A DNA stretch of 64,000 nt from Geobacteraceae bacterium (GCA_013336525.1 JAAXTM010000008.1:37459-101458), one strand, 5' to 3'; positions 1-11,279 are shown, numbered from the stretch's first letter. Numbers and translations: made by a program. The notes: generated by a model from the letters alone, not told the origin.

Positions 1-335
1 CAGATTACCGCATCCTTTGATCCCCCTTTGGCAAGTGCCACATCAATACGCTCCTGATAGCTCTTGGCATCTTTAAACTCAAGAAAATCGACCGATGTCA
101 CATCGGCGTCGAATTCCTGCCAGGTGCCACCATCAAGCAGAGCCTCAAGGCGCTTGCGCGCAGAAATACGATAATGGTGGCCGCACTTCGGACAGACTTG
201 AAGATTTGCTTCAATATCCTTGCTTAAAAGCGTTTCTGAGCAGCCAGGGCATTTAACCCACATTCCATCAGGAAACGTTACTTTGTTGCCGCCCGATTTT
301 TCAATACCGACTCTTTCTTTGGTAAACCAGCTCAT
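1..335 (-). CDS. accD: acetyl-CoA carboxylase carboxyltransferase beta subunit, N-terminal part (ORF runs off the window)
   Basis: My own reverse-strand translation from the ATG at 335 gives MSWFTKERVGIEKSGGNKVTFPDGMWVKCPGCSETLLSKDIEANLQVCPKCGHHYRISARKRLEALLDGG... This is the CxxC...CxxC zinc-ribbon N-terminus typical of AccD. The ORF is absent from the supplied track because it is truncated. trpA-accD adjacency is common synteny. Confidence 0.85.
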   Translation of the reverse strand, partial: MSWFTKERVGIEKSGGNKVTFPDGMWVKCPGCSETLLSKDIEANLQVCPKCGHHYRISARKRLEALLDGGTWQEFDADVTSVDFLEFKDAKSYQERIDVALAKGGSKDAVI

Positions 336-425
336 AAAGGACCTCGCATCTTTCGTGACCTTAAAATAGTTAATTATAAATAAAATTGCTAGGTAGCAGA
401 AACGGGGCGCACTGTCAAGCAAGCA

Positions 426-1214
426 TCAGAGCACCTGTTTCAAATCGCTGACATACCGACGCAACTGTTGCTTCAACTCTTCCCCGCGATGTTGTTCAAA
501 CTGCTTGACAATCGCACTGCCTACCACAACCCCGTCCGCCAGCTGTCCAACCTCTGCGGCCTGTGCTGGAGTGGATATCCCGAATCCGGCCATGACCGGA
601 AGTGAAATTGTTTGTTTTACCCGGGCCAATTCTTGCGCCAGCGAGCCTGAAACGGATGTCCTGGTTCCTGTTACTCCGGTTACTGTGACATAATATACAA
701 AGCCGCTGCCAAGCTTGTTTACGGTAGAGATGCGAGCGGCATCTGAGGTTGGTGTAAGCAGGAAAATCACATCCAGTCCATAACTACGGGCCGGAACTGT
801 CAGCTCTTGCGACTCTTCCGGTGGCATATCCACAAGGAGAACCCCGTCAACGCCGGCCTCCACGGCGTCACGACAGAAATTGTCGTAACCGTAGGCGTGA
901 ACAGGGTTAAGATATCCCATCAAAATAATTGGAATTTGTGAACGGGTACGTACCTTTTTTACAACCCCTAAAATGCCAGGCAACGTAGTCCCAGAGGCTA
1001 GAGCCCGTTCCGAAGAGAGCTGAATGGTAGGCCCGTCAGCCATTGGATCTGAAAAAGGGACTCCGAGCTCAATTACGTCAGCTCCAGCTTCCTCAAGCAG
1101 ATAAATTATTTCTTCGGTCGTAGACAGATCAGGGTCGCCGGCTGTAATAAATGTTACCAAAGCCTTGGTATGTTTTACCTGAAGTGCGCTAAAGATAGTA
1201 GCAAGTCTGCTCAT
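426..1214 (-). CDS. trpA: tryptophan synthase alpha subunit
   Basis: 262-aa ORF with the TrpA hallmarks [22 protein letters not shown] and the C-terminal GFGIS...GVVVGSAIV phosphate-binding region. Confidence 0.95.
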   Translation of the reverse strand: MSRLATIFSALQVKHTKALVTFITAGDPDLSTTEEIIYLLEEAGADVIELGVPFSDPMADGPTIQLSSERALASGTTLPGILGVVKKVRTRSQIPIILMGYLNPVHAYGYDNFCRDAVEAGVDGVLLVDMPPEESQELTVPARSYGLDVIFLLTPTSDAARISTVNKLGSGFVYYVTVTGVTGTRTSVSGSLAQELARVKQTISLPVMAGFGISTPAQAAEVGQLADGVVVGSAIVKQFEQHRGEELKQQLRRYVSDLKQVL

Positions 1215-1233
1215 GTTATTTTCACTAGGCCGG

Positions 1234-3393
1234 TCATAATTTAAAACCGGTCATCTCCTTCTCAAGCAGATCAATCTGAATAGTCAAATCGGCCACCGAA
1301 GCATTCATTACCTTTGTAGCGCGACTGTTTGCAACCGTTGCCACCTCAATGCTGCTGACCGATTTGGAAATCAACGTGCTGCTGTCTACCTGTGACTGGC
1401 ACGCTTCCCGGATTTGTTCAGCCATGGAGGTCACATCTTCCGTAGATCTGGCGATCAAGCTGCTTGCACGGCTCTGCTCACGGGTCGAAGTCCGCACATG
1501 GGTGGTAAGGTCCTTCATCCGCTCAACAGCCGCAGAAATCATGTCGGTTCCCCGAGAATGTTCCCGCGAAGAATTGGCTATGTTTTCAACCATATCGCCA
1601 ACTCTTTCCATCGCTTCACGAATGCTCTGGCTTCCTCGCGCTTGCTCAACAGTAGCTTTGGCTATCTCACTCACCTGGATTCCCGCTCGCTGGACACCTG
1701 TTACGATCTTCTCAAGTGCAGTTCCGGAGCGTTGCGACAATATTTCCCCTGCGGCAATACTGCCTTCGGCCTGGGTGATTGCGTCTACCGCACGACTGGT
1801 TTCTTCCTGAACGCCCTTGATAACCAGTGCAATTTCCCGGGTAGAGCTGCTTGTGCGTTCAGCAAGCTCCCGTATTTCGTCGGCAACCACTGCAAACCCC
1901 TTACCATGCTCACCGGCTTGAGCTGCAATGATGGCAGCATTGAGTGCCAGAAGATTGGTCTGCTCAGCAACTTCGTCGATAACAGAAAGAATGGCACCGA
2001 TATCTTTTACCCGCAACGAGAGAGTTTCAACAACCTCCGAAGTTATTAGTGATGAAGCCCTGATTGCCTGCATACCGTCAATAGCTTCAAGAACAGCAAT
2101 TTTACCAATCTCAGCGTCATTTTTGACTGTTTCCGAAATAGAGGCGGAAACCATGGCATTCTTCTCAACCTGTTTGATGGTTGCATCCATTTCAGCAATT
2201 GATGAAGCTGTAGTAGTAGAAGCCTCCAGTAAATTAACAATGCTCGTGCCGATCTCTTTTACAGATGAAGACATTTGCGTGACGGAAGAGCTTACTTCCC
2301 CAACAGCATCTTCAAGCTTTTCTGCGCTTATCGCAACCTCTTCAATTGTGGCTGCCATCTCAAGTGACGAAGATGAGGTCTCAGTAGCGGAGTCGGATAG
2401 TTTGTCGATCCCTTCATACACTTCGAACACTGTTTTGTTGATTTGTACAACGGCTCTTGATGTCTCCAGTACGGATTGTTCCTGAATCTGTACTGCCTCT
2501 ACAGCCTGACTTGCTGCATTTTCGAGGTTATTGTCGATTGATGTGAGTGCTTTTGTTGTGGAGCTGATGCGCGAGACCATGTTATGGAGGCTTTCTGCCA
2601 TGATGTTCATTGCATTTGCCAATTCGGCGGTTTCTCCGCCACCACGCACTTCCAGTCGAGTATCCAATCTGCCGCCGGCCACGGCCTTGGCAAACGCAAC
2701 ACAGTTTCTGAGTGGTTTGGTAATCGATTTTGTGATGAAATATGAGAAAAGGGCGATAATAGCTATTACTGAGAGGGTAACAGTCGCAGAAACCATGATT
2801 TTTGTTCTTACACTTCTTGCAACCTGATGTTCCGTATCGCTGACATCCTTTCGGATCTGGTCAACCATCCGTGCCACTTCCGTGCTGAACATGCTGAACC
2901 GCTGTGACTGGATTCCAACCATGAGAGTGCCGGCCTTTAACATATCACCTTTGGCATAAGCAGGCAGCACCTCATTCAGTAATGTTTTTTGATACTCCTT
3001 CCAGATGGTGTTTGCTTTGTTTATGGCAGCAAGTTTCTCAGGTGACTCTACGGACTCCAGAACAATCCGGAAACTGAGTTCAATGTCATTTGTCAGGTCT
3101 TTAATTAAGGCAACATTTTTCTCTGAATTTACGGCATCCGTTACGCGCAGAAAGTTCTGCATTTCACTATTAATTTGAAAAAGGCCTGATTTCAGTAGTG
3201 CAATGCTTTCAAGAGCGTCCTTATCTTTTTGTATAAGTTTGTAGGCAGTACCGCCAATCCCGACTTCATTCATCAGATACAGGCTGATTGAACCGGTAAG
3301 CAGGATGCCAAGAAAAGCGGCCGCAGAAAGAAGCATCATCTTGGTGCGAAGGGTGAAGCCTGTAGAACTGTTGGAGTATGTTTCTCTCTCCAC
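1234..3393 (-). CDS. methyl-accepting chemotaxis protein
   Basis: 719 aa. It has two hydrophobic segments flanking a sensor region, a HAMP-like segment, and the invariant MCP signalling hairpin [34 protein letters not shown]. Confidence 0.9.
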   Translation of the reverse strand: MERETYSNSSTGFTLRTKMMLLSAAAFLGILLTGSISLYLMNEVGIGGTAYKLIQKDKDALESIALLKSGLFQINSEMQNFLRVTDAVNSEKNVALIKDLTNDIELSFRIVLESVESPEKLAAINKANTIWKEYQKTLLNEVLPAYAKGDMLKAGTLMVGIQSQRFSMFSTEVARMVDQIRKDVSDTEHQVARSVRTKIMVSATVTLSVIAIIALFSYFITKSITKPLRNCVAFAKAVAGGRLDTRLEVRGGGETAELANAMNIMAESLHNMVSRISSTTKALTSIDNNLENAASQAVEAVQIQEQSVLETSRAVVQINKTVFEVYEGIDKLSDSATETSSSSLEMAATIEEVAISAEKLEDAVGEVSSSVTQMSSSVKEIGTSIVNLLEASTTTASSIAEMDATIKQVEKNAMVSASISETVKNDAEIGKIAVLEAIDGMQAIRASSLITSEVVETLSLRVKDIGAILSVIDEVAEQTNLLALNAAIIAAQAGEHGKGFAVVADEIRELAERTSSSTREIALVIKGVQEETSRAVDAITQAEGSIAAGEILSQRSGTALEKIVTGVQRAGIQVSEIAKATVEQARGSQSIREAMERVGDMVENIANSSREHSRGTDMISAAVERMKDLTTHVRTSTREQSRASSLIARSTEDVTSMAEQIREACQSQVDSSTLISKSVSSIEVATVANSRATKVMNASVADLTIQIDLLEKEMTGFKL

Positions 3394-3424
3394 TAAAGAC
3401 TCCTCTTCTGGATGGATTCCATGA

Positions 3425-3458
3425 ACAAAAAAGCCGCCCGACTATAGCAGAGCGGCTA
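3425..3458 (-). terminator. probable intrinsic terminator after the SLT lipoprotein gene
   Basis: On the minus strand a GCCGC...GCGGC stem is followed by TTTTTT (plus-strand A-run at 3425-3432). The stem is short, so the call is moderate. Confidence 0.45.
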
Positions 3459-3574
3459 GTTTCATATCAAGAAAAAAGACCCCTGGCTAACGCCCGAGTC
3501 ATCCCTTTAAACCGTTGGAATTCATTTCAAATAGAAGGCTGAATGTGCCATCAGAGGATAGCGCATCCATATGG

Positions 3575-4204
3575 TCAACGGGTTCTCGACTCCGTGTCGG
3601 CCAATGCCAGTTTATCGCTCTGAAGGTGGAGCTCCGCCATCATCTCCTGCCGGATGGCGCGTATTTTCTTCATGTACGCATTTGCCTGCGGCCCTTGCCC
3701 ACAATAATACTTTTTGGCACGTTCAAGGTTTCCCTGGGCCATATCAAGTTTGGTATAGAGTTCACGGACAGCTGCTTCTGCACACTTGTTGTCGTCAAGC
3801 ATGTCATTGGCCGAATAGCCATGGCTTCTTGCGCGAGCCGGCATCAATTGCCAGACTCCACGAGCCCCTTTTGTTGAGACAGCTTTGGAGGAAAGCCGGT
3901 GGCCGCCGGTTTCAACCAGGGCAATTTCAGCCAGGTCAAACGGCATGAAAACGGTGCCGCTTGTCTTGTCAAAGCAGATTTCAGCAAGCTGCCTAGCTCG
4001 TTCAGGCGAAGTTCTGCGCAAAAATGCCGACTCGATAACGGACTGCTGTTTTTTCCGCTGGATAATAGAAACGCTGCTGCTGTCAAGGATGGATGGTTCG
4101 GTGACCAGCGAAGTGGTTGATTGGATTTCTGCCAATTTAAACGGGGCATTTTCACAAGCTGTCAGCAATAACAGGGACATCAGATAGATTAGTTTTTTTC
4201 GCAT
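3575..4204 (-). CDS. lytic transglycosylase (SLT domain) lipoprotein
   Basis: The SLT catalytic region reads AEIALVETGG...ARGVWQLMPARARSHGY. The likely start is the internal MRKKLIYLMSLLLLTAC (lipobox), not the longest-ORF start at 4258. Confidence 0.8.
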   Translation of the reverse strand: MRKKLIYLMSLLLLTACENAPFKLAEIQSTTSLVTEPSILDSSSVSIIQRKKQQSVIESAFLRRTSPERARQLAEICFDKTSGTVFMPFDLAEIALVETGGHRLSSKAVSTKGARGVWQLMPARARSHGYSANDMLDDNKCAEAAVRELYTKLDMAQGNLERAKKYYCGQGPQANAYMKKIRAIRQEMMAELHLQSDKLALADTESRTR

Positions 4205-4439
4205 AATAATAGAGTAGGGAAGTTGTATCGGCTTTGCCGGAGCGGCGTCGTTGCCCACAGATTGCGAGGGCGTATCTCCGGCGGGGTACTCCTTTATGAG
4301 TTATTTTGTCCCAGAAACGCCAAAATCCCGGTCTTCGGGACTTTGATATTTCAGTACAATGTTTTACACAGTAGATCATCGGCCGGCAAGTGTCAATGAA
4401 ATTCCGGTATAACTTAATTAAAACAAGCTGTTATGCTGC

Positions 4440-4847
4440 TTATGCTCCTGCGGCTAATTCTTTAAGAGTGACTCCTTCTAACACTCCGCGAACTTTCCCT
4501 TGGACCTGCGCCCATACCGGATGTACGTTACAGTATCCGGAACGATTACATTCCGAAGGATTAACCACGCAACGGTTCGGAACTATTGGCCCTTCAACTG
4601 CCTCGACTACTTCAAGCAGGGTAATGTTTTCCGGGGCGCGCCCCAGCATAAAACCGCCACCGGTGCCGCGGAAAGACTTTACCAACCCCATTTTGCTGAA
4701 CTGTTGGAATATCTTGGCAAGAAATGTAGGCGGGACATCAACCGCTGCAGCGATATCACTCAGCAGATAGACCTTATCCATAGGCTTTCCTGCCAGATAT
4801 ACGATGCCCCTGATGGCATATTCACCTTTACGAGTTAGTTCCATCAT
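4440..4847 (-). CDS. Rrf2 family transcriptional regulator (IscR/NsrR-like)
   Basis: 135 aa. The N-terminal wHTH reads LTRKGEYAIRGIVYLA...; three clustered Cys (CVVNPSECNRSGYC) fit an Fe-S-binding Rrf2 member. Confidence 0.9.
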   Translation of the reverse strand: MMELTRKGEYAIRGIVYLAGKPMDKVYLLSDIAAAVDVPPTFLAKIFQQFSKMGLVKSFRGTGGGFMLGRAPENITLLEVVEAVEGPIVPNRCVVNPSECNRSGYCNVHPVWAQVQGKVRGVLEGVTLKELAAGA

Positions 4848-4925
4848 AGGAAACCCCCTAAAAAGACTTTATATATCTTTTTAGGGGGTTTATCTAAACT
4901 TGTCAACAGTAATTATAGTTGTTGA

Positions 4926-5777
4926 TTATGCCGCTTGCTCCGCAATATCTTCCGGGACCGGAACCTTCTTCTTGCCGAAGATCAGCGCTACCCAGACACT
5001 GATCTCGTACATCAGGTACATTGGAATCATAATGACGAACATGGTGATCAGATCGGCATGAAAAGCTGATATTATAGAACTAGCAAGCAGTGCATATTTA
5101 CGCTTGGGTGCAAGAAACTGATAGCTGACAATTCCGAAACGTGCAAGCAGCAGAGTCAGAACCGGCAGTTCAAAAATCAGCCCGAAGATCAGGATCATAC
5201 GTAAGCAAAAATTGACGTAGGCGCTGATATTAAACCAGCTTTGAAGCCCTTCGCTTTCGTATGAAAGAGAAAAATTAATAATTACCGGCCAGATGACAAT
5301 CAAAAAAAACATGGCGCCGATACAGAAAGTGACAGTGGCAGCGGTTACAAAAGGGACAACCATCCGCCGTTCACGGCGGGTAAGTCCCGGTGCGATGAAT
5401 AGCCAGATCTGATAAAAAACAATCGGCAGAACAATGACAAAACCGGCCAGCATGGATATTTTACACTGCATGAAAAAGGGTTCCAGCGGCGCACTGTAAT
5501 TGAGGACCCGATGCTTCTGGGGGGTGTTGATTTCCTGATCCAGCTTGTAATGTGCATACAGGGCTGGAGCGCGCTCTTTGACTTTGGTGTAGACAATCTT
5601 CTTTATCTCGGTCAGATAGGTCGCCCCGGTCAAGGGCTTCTCTATGAAACGGAGCAGGTCGTTGGAAAAATTCCAGGCGACCCCCATACCGACGACCACT
5701 GCGATAACAATGATTACCAGCCGCTTGCGCAGCTCAACGAGATGTTCAATAAATGGGACTACTTTTTCTTCGCTCAT
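4926..5777 (-). CDS. tatC: twin-arginine translocase subunit TatC
   Basis: 283 aa, polytopic. The N-terminus PFIEHLVELRKRL is the conserved TatC signature. Confidence 0.9.
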   Translation of the reverse strand: MSEEKVVPFIEHLVELRKRLVIIVIAVVVGMGVAWNFSNDLLRFIEKPLTGATYLTEIKKIVYTKVKERAPALYAHYKLDQEINTPQKHRVLNYSAPLEPFFMQCKISMLAGFVIVLPIVFYQIWLFIAPGLTRRERRMVVPFVTAATVTFCIGAMFFLIVIWPVIINFSLSYESEGLQSWFNISAYVNFCLRMILIFGLIFELPVLTLLLARFGIVSYQFLAPKRKYALLASSIISAFHADLITMFVIMIPMYLMYEISVWVALIFGKKKVPVPEDIAEQAA

Positions 5778-6063
5778 GCAGCTATTCCTATCATAGTGGT
5801 GTACCGGCTTGCAACTTGAATCGGCCAGTAAAAACGCGTGGGGTTTTCAGGAAGATTGAGTCGACAGAATATGAGTATTGCCGGGTATGCCAGGAGCCTT
5901 TTTACCCCTTTCTCCGAAACCTGCGAATCAGATTTTAATTTTCTAGGTCGGTTCAGAGCCAGCGCTTTCCTACACGGCGTTGTTTGCCGAGACATGGTCT
6001 GAACGCTGGTTGGCTGCTTGATTTAGACTAAACATCTCATGTTAATGGAGTCAATCCGTCCTG

Positions 6064-6393
6064 TTATTTCCCCCTTGTTTCCCCATCGATTTCATTGGAT
6101 TTGAGTCCGAAGGTTTTTGGCCCCCACTCACTATCTACTACCTTGATGTAATCGGCTATCCCGTATGAAACAAGGGATTGTTTGTTTTTGTCACGAGTGG
6201 CTGTCACAAATTTCCAGTCAACAAATTCAAGTCCCTCCCACTGGGGCATGGAATAGACCGTTTTGTCAACAGCATCTGCTGAGGCGGTGGCCGTTTGATA
6301 TATTTTCTGCTGATGGTTCAGTAATAGGGGTTTTTTGTTGTTGGCATATACGAAGGGGGCGATTACGAACGCTATAATGATCCATTTTTTCAT
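6064..6393 (-). CDS. small secreted hypothetical protein
   Basis: An internal start gives MKKWIIIAFVIAPFVYA, a signal-peptide-like N-terminus. I recognise no family. The longer ORF start at 6504 looks spurious. Confidence 0.5.
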   Translation of the reverse strand: MKKWIIIAFVIAPFVYANNKKPLLLNHQQKIYQTATASADAVDKTVYSMPQWEGLEFVDWKFVTATRDKNKQSLVSYGIADYIKVVDSEWGPKTFGLKSNEIDGETRGK

Positions 6394-6575
6394 ATGATAA
6401 CCTCCGGGATTTTGTTGAAGAACCAATGTGAGCCGGTTCAAGTAATAGAAGTATTGAAACATTTTCAATATTAAAAACAACGATGGCGAGAAAAGCGGGT
6501 TCACTGTTGCTGCGTTTGCTTGATAAGCTCGTCATTTGATAAAGCAATCTAAAGTCCTGCTGGTCCACTTCACAA

Positions 6576-7094
6576 TTATCTGGGTTTTCGAGGTCCTGGC
6601 GCAAAATAACGCCCCAGCTTTGCATCCAATTCGTCGATCCAGCCGGCTTTGGAGTCCGGAAAGGCATCCGCGTAAGGCACGTAGGGTTTGATATCCAGAA
6701 CAGGTGTGCCATCCAAGAGGTCAACGCCTCTAAGGTGTAGCGTCATGCCTTCGATCTTTACTAATTCTACAGCCGATAGGCCGATAGAATTGGGACGATG
6801 AGGAGATCTGGTAGCTAAAACTCCCCTCTTTGGTCCACCCCGAGGCGGCTTGACAATGCTTTTCCAGCCTTCACTCAGATGAAAGGCGAAGATTAGCCAA
6901 AGCCTATCGAAGCCGCTCAGATCTTGAATGACTTTCTCGTCAAGCCAATCAGCGAGTTCCAAAGTGGCTATTACGAAATCCCCGGTTTCTGTGCCTTCTA
7001 CCACTGAGCTTTGATGTGGTGCATCAATGCGGCGGGAATAGGGGGATCTCAGGATGCCAATGGGGTGATAGATAAAATGGGAGTCCGACAACAT
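6576..7094 (-). CDS. trmO: tRNA (N6-threonylcarbamoyladenosine(37)-N6)-methyltransferase TrmO (TsaA/YaeB family)
   Basis: 172 aa with IGILRSPY...DAPHQ... and LDGTPVLDIKPYVPY, characteristic of the YaeB/TsaA fold. Confidence 0.85.
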   Translation of the reverse strand: MLSDSHFIYHPIGILRSPYSRRIDAPHQSSVVEGTETGDFVIATLELADWLDEKVIQDLSGFDRLWLIFAFHLSEGWKSIVKPPRGGPKRGVLATRSPHRPNSIGLSAVELVKIEGMTLHLRGVDLLDGTPVLDIKPYVPYADAFPDSKAGWIDELDAKLGRYFAPGPRKPR

Positions 7095-8078
7095 TCAATC
7101 ATGTTCCTTTATATTCTTACCCGAGATTTCATGATTCCGATTCTCTTCCGGATCGCTGTCGGGGCAGTATTGGCATGGGGTTACCCCCCGGTAGAGGTTG
7201 CCGGGCGGAGGGGTGCCGCGCTGTTCGTACGAAAGCGTGCAATCCGTGTAAGGGAGCTGGTCCTTACGGTTGCAACTGATCAGGGAACGGACCACGTCAG
7301 TACTGATGGCCCCCTTCACCGCCAGAACGGTGACTTCCTCCAGGGCCGTACGCAGGTCGTATGAGATGGGTCGGTAGGGCCTGGGGGAAATGAGCGCATC
7401 AAATACATCACTGACGGCTACTATTTCCACATTTCTGTCCTGCAGTGCAATCCCTCTAGGATAGCCAGAGCCGTCGCATCGTTCATGATGATCCCGGGCG
7501 GTAATTGCCGCTGGATGGTTCGGATCCATTAAAAAATAACTCAGCAGAACATAACCTGCCGCGGTATGATTACTTAGCTGCTCCCGTTCGAGATCGTTCA
7601 GCGGGGTCGATTTATTGCATATCGTCAGCGGCATGCAAGCTTTGCCGAAATCATGGCTCGACGCTGCCAAAAGCTCCCTTGAGAGGGCCTTGCTGTCTTT
7701 AAAGAGGTCCTGGGCCAGCAACTGGGACAGAGCAAAAACCGTCAGGATGTGGCGGTAGGTATAGGGATCGTGGGTCTTGAAGTAACCGTAGATATCCAGC
7801 AGGGGCTGGACAAATTCGATTTGCCGCAAAGAATCGAAAACAGCTTTTGTCCGTATCGGCTTGGAAAAGATCTGATTATAGGGTGGCTGCTCGACATAGC
7901 TGCGAAGGTCTTCAGCAACCGTGCCGTACTCCATCAGCCGCATGGTGGCAAACTTTTCCGCTCGTGCTGATCTGGCCAGTTCCTCCATGGTCTCTGGCGT
8001 CAGGCAGGTGCCCGCTGGAAGCAGCTCCTTGCGGTCAAGGGTAAAAACCGGGTAACATAATTTCAGTATTTTTTTCAT
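7095..8078 (-). CDS. HD-GYP domain protein (likely c-di-GMP phosphodiesterase)
   Basis: HDFGK and HHERCDGSGYP motifs. I prefer the start at MKKILKL (8078) over the longest ORF start (8123). Confidence 0.85.
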   Translation of the reverse strand: MKKILKLCYPVFTLDRKELLPAGTCLTPETMEELARSARAEKFATMRLMEYGTVAEDLRSYVEQPPYNQIFSKPIRTKAVFDSLRQIEFVQPLLDIYGYFKTHDPYTYRHILTVFALSQLLAQDLFKDSKALSRELLAASSHDFGKACMPLTICNKSTPLNDLEREQLSNHTAAGYVLLSYFLMDPNHPAAITARDHHERCDGSGYPRGIALQDRNVEIVAVSDVFDALISPRPYRPISYDLRTALEEVTVLAVKGAISTDVVRSLISCNRKDQLPYTDCTLSYEQRGTPPPGNLYRGVTPCQYCPDSDPEENRNHEISGKNIKEHD

Positions 8079-8272
8079 AGTTCCCTTCTGCCATAGGCAC
8101 CTACTCGCAGAGTATAATAACAATACATCTTCATATGCTTTATTATATTACAACGTGGCGGGAGTTTGCCGGGCCGTGTTTTTGCACCGGTCTTACTTCC
8201 TTTTTGGCTTTATCTGCCGCATCATTCATTTTTTCAGGGCTGATCCAACTGCCCTCTTCGATGTGTGCGAGT

Positions 8273-8860
8273 TTACGGCACAGGATGAAATGATGCATAT
8301 ACAAGTTTTGCATTGGCATTCTTAGTGCTAACCGTTCCCTCAAAGCGCAGTTGCAGGAGTTCCCCTTCAGAAGGGAAATTGAGTGTCTTGTCGAGCGAAC
8401 CGGTTATTAACTCCAATAGAGGCATCTTGTCGTTGTTGACAACCAGAATAGTAAAAGAATTGCCGGGCATTTTAGCCAGTTCATCAAAAGTCTTATTAAT
8501 GCTTGCAGTAGCTTTACTTACAGACAATTCAAAATAATTTTTGGCATTTTTTTGCCAGGTCTCAGCATTGTTGGGTGTTTTGTCTGAAAAACTGGCTAAC
8601 ATATATTGTAGTGTTTTCATTTCAGACTTAGTTACAAGTCCAATATTGCTGAAGCGGGTTGTACAAACTATATTCTTGTCATCCTCTATTTTCAGCGTTG
8701 AAAATATTTCTGAAATTGCATTCAAACACATGGCATAAGGCATTGTGTAAATGAGGTCAAAGTGTTGGCCAACGAGGTTTGAAAGACAGCTTTGATTGAT
8801 CACATCAATCTCCGCTGACTTTATCAACCAGACGGTCACGTTCATTTTTTTAGATGCCAT
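8273..8860 (-). CDS. hypothetical protein (AT-rich orphan)
   Basis: 195-aa ORF, visibly AT-richer than its neighbours, with no recognisable motif. It sits directly downstream of rnr. Confidence 0.5.
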   Translation of the reverse strand: MASKKMNVTVWLIKSAEIDVINQSCLSNLVGQHFDLIYTMPYAMCLNAISEIFSTLKIEDDKNIVCTTRFSNIGLVTKSEMKTLQYMLASFSDKTPNNAETWQKNAKNYFELSVSKATASINKTFDELAKMPGNSFTILVVNNDKMPLLELITGSLDKTLNFPSEGELLQLRFEGTVSTKNANAKLVYASFHPVP

Positions 8861-8893
8861 GTCATGCCTCCTCAGTTCGATATCATTGATAAA

Positions 8894-11218
8894 TTAGCGC
8901 CGCTTCCTGCCGCCGCTTTTCCCTTTGTCTGGGGTGCTTTTTTTGCCGCTTCTACCGCTCTGCTCTTTGTTATCTCTTCGCGGCTGCAGTCCGGTAAGCC
9001 GTTTGCCGCGCAGCGGGATGCGCGGGTACTCTTCCGGTCCGCCCTTCACGGCACCAGTCCGCGGGACTGATGTGGATACGGTATGTGCCGCCAGGGCAAA
9101 TTCGATGCGCCGTGTGCCTGGAGACACCGAAACAACGGTGACCCGTGCCGCATCACCGATGCGGAAGATTGTCCCGGTGCGCCTCCCTATAAGAGAATGC
9201 TGCTTTTCGGCATGATTGTACATGTCATCGGTCAGTGTTGAAATATGTACCAGCCCCTCTACGAAAAGTTCTTCAAGTTCCACGAAGAAGCCGAAGGCGG
9301 TGACTCCGGTGATATAACCGTCAAACTGTTCTCCTACATGCTGCTGCATGTACTGAAGTTTTTTCATTTCCACTACGTCGCGTTCAGCCTCCATCGCAAC
9401 ACGTTCGCGCTTGCTGGTATGTTCGGCCACCTCTCCCAATCGCTCGGTGGCAATGGCCAGCTGTTTGGCGGCGCGTTTCCCCTCCTGCTCCTTCTCGGCT
9501 GTAAGGGCTAACGCCGCCCTCAATATCCGGTGTACGACCAGATCCGGATAACGCCTGATGGGGGAGGTGAAGTGGCAGTAGCAGTCTGATGCAAGGCCGA
9601 AGTGACCGATATTCTCGGCGGCATAACGGGCCTGTTTCATACAGCGGAGCAGGGCGTAGTTGATCATCCGTTCCTCTGGGCGGCCGTCAGCCTGTGCCAG
9701 CAGGCGCTGAAGCTCAGACGGTTTGACTTTCTCCTCAACGAGCTTGAATTCGTAGCCGAAGCCGAAAACGAAATCCTGAAAAGTCTGTAGCTTGGCCGGG
9801 TCCGGGTTTTCGTGGACCCGGTAGAGAAACGGGAAGTCACGGCTGGTAATATAGCGTGCCACCGCTTCGTTGGCGGCCAGCATGAACTCCTCAATCAGCT
9901 GGTGCGCAAGGTTGCGTTCGGCACGAATGATCCCCTCAGTCTGTCCGGTAAGGCCGATGATGATTTCCGGCTCAGGCAGGTCGAAATCTATGCTGCCCCG
10001 TTTTTTGCGCATCGTCATCAGAATCAGCGCCAACTCCTTCATCTCCAGCAGCATCGGAGACACCGGCCGGTATTTGTCGGCCAGTTCGCGGTCGTCATCG
10101 ACAATTATCTGCTTCACAATCGTATATGTCAGGCGGGCCGCACTTTTGATGACGCTGGAATAGAAGGATGACTCCAGCATTGTGCCGCTTCGGTCAAAGA
10201 GCATTTCTGCGGTCATCGTGAGGCGGTCAACATGAGGATTTAGCGAACAGATGCCGTTTGAGAGCCGCTCAGGCAACATCGGTATGCAGCGATCCGGAAA
10301 ATAGACGGAGGTACCGCGCAGATATGCTTCCATGTCCAGCGGGCTATCTTTCTTGACATAATGCGAGACATCGGCAATGGAAACCCAGAGCCGGAAATTG
10401 TCCCCCTCGCGGCGGAGGGACACGGCATCGTCGAAGTCGCGGGCGGTCTCGCCGTCGATGGTCACGGTCGACATCGAACGGAGGTCTGTGCGCCCCTTCA
10501 GGTCGCCGTGGGAAACGGTGTCGGCAATTCCTTCAGCTTCGGCCAGCACGTCCGGGGCAAAAATGTGCGGCAGGTCGAAGCGGCGGATCACCGACTGTAC
10601 TTCCACATCCGGATCCTCAGGCCAGCCGAGAACCTCAATAATCTCTCCTTCGGCAGGCCTCCCTCCAGCCGGATATGATTTTAACTCTGCTACTACCTGA
10701 TGACCGTCCTCCGCCAGACCGCGTCCTTTGGCAGGAATCGCTACGACCAGATTCAGGCGCTGGTCATCGGGAATTACAATCGCGCCGCGGCGGGTCTCTT
10801 CGTAGCGACCAACGATGCGGGTCGTCGCACGTTCCAGTATAGCCATAACCCTTCCATCGAGCTTGTTCCCCCCCATGCGGCTCGGGCTGGAACTTGCCTC
10901 AACCAGATCGCCGTGCAGTGAGCCTTTCAGAAACTTTGACGGAATAAAAATATCCTCTCCGCCGCCATCAGGGGTCACAAAACCGTAGCCGTCACGGTGA
11001 ACCGATATTCTGCCACGGGTGGTTTTCATTTTCCCTGGCAGGCTGTAGCTGTTCCCTTTCAAACGGACAAGCTCGCCATCTTCGGCCATGTCATCCAGCA
11101 TGTTTTTTAGCTCCCGCTTGGCATGACGGCCGCCGAATTCGCGCAGAAGTCCGGCAAAATGCGTTGCTCCCTCATGTTGTTTGAAAAACGCCAGTATATT
11201 TTTTTTGGTTATATTCAT
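8894..11218 (-). CDS. rnr: ribonuclease R
   Basis: It has an RNB catalytic core (TIDGETARDFDDAVS), cold-shock-like N-terminal domains, a C-terminal S1 domain (GYITGVTAFGFFVEL) and a basic tail. The start is probably MNITKKN (11218); the longest ORF starts at 11260. Confidence 0.9.
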   Translation of the reverse strand: MNITKKNILAFFKQHEGATHFAGLLREFGGRHAKRELKNMLDDMAEDGELVRLKGNSYSLPGKMKTTRGRISVHRDGYGFVTPDGGGEDIFIPSKFLKGSLHGDLVEASSSPSRMGGNKLDGRVMAILERATTRIVGRYEETRRGAIVIPDDQRLNLVVAIPAKGRGLAEDGHQVVAELKSYPAGGRPAEGEIIEVLGWPEDPDVEVQSVIRRFDLPHIFAPDVLAEAEGIADTVSHGDLKGRTDLRSMSTVTIDGETARDFDDAVSLRREGDNFRLWVSIADVSHYVKKDSPLDMEAYLRGTSVYFPDRCIPMLPERLSNGICSLNPHVDRLTMTAEMLFDRSGTMLESSFYSSVIKSAARLTYTIVKQIIVDDDRELADKYRPVSPMLLEMKELALILMTMRKKRGSIDFDLPEPEIIIGLTGQTEGIIRAERNLAHQLIEEFMLAANEAVARYITSRDFPFLYRVHENPDPAKLQTFQDFVFGFGYEFKLVEEKVKPSELQRLLAQADGRPEERMINYALLRCMKQARYAAENIGHFGLASDCYCHFTSPIRRYPDLVVHRILRAALALTAEKEQEGKRAAKQLAIATERLGEVAEHTSKRERVAMEAERDVVEMKKLQYMQQHVGEQFDGYITGVTAFGFFVELEELFVEGLVHISTLTDDMYNHAEKQHSLIGRRTGTIFRIGDAARVTVVSVSPGTRRIEFALAAHTVSTSVPRTGAVKGGPEEYPRIPLRGKRLTGLQPRRDNKEQSGRSGKKSTPDKGKSGGRKRR

Positions 11219-11279
11219 TGAACGGCTCCTTGATGATCCGCTTACTTCATACACATGCAAGTTTTTAGTAGGTTAGAAG

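Noticed and set aside
5774-5995. The 73-aa ORF upstream of tatC as a TatA/TatB candidate.
   Set aside because: The sequence lacks the N-terminal hydrophobic helix plus amphipathic helix (FG...PEL...FGPKKLP) of TatA/B. It is Arg/Lys-rich with no TM segment.
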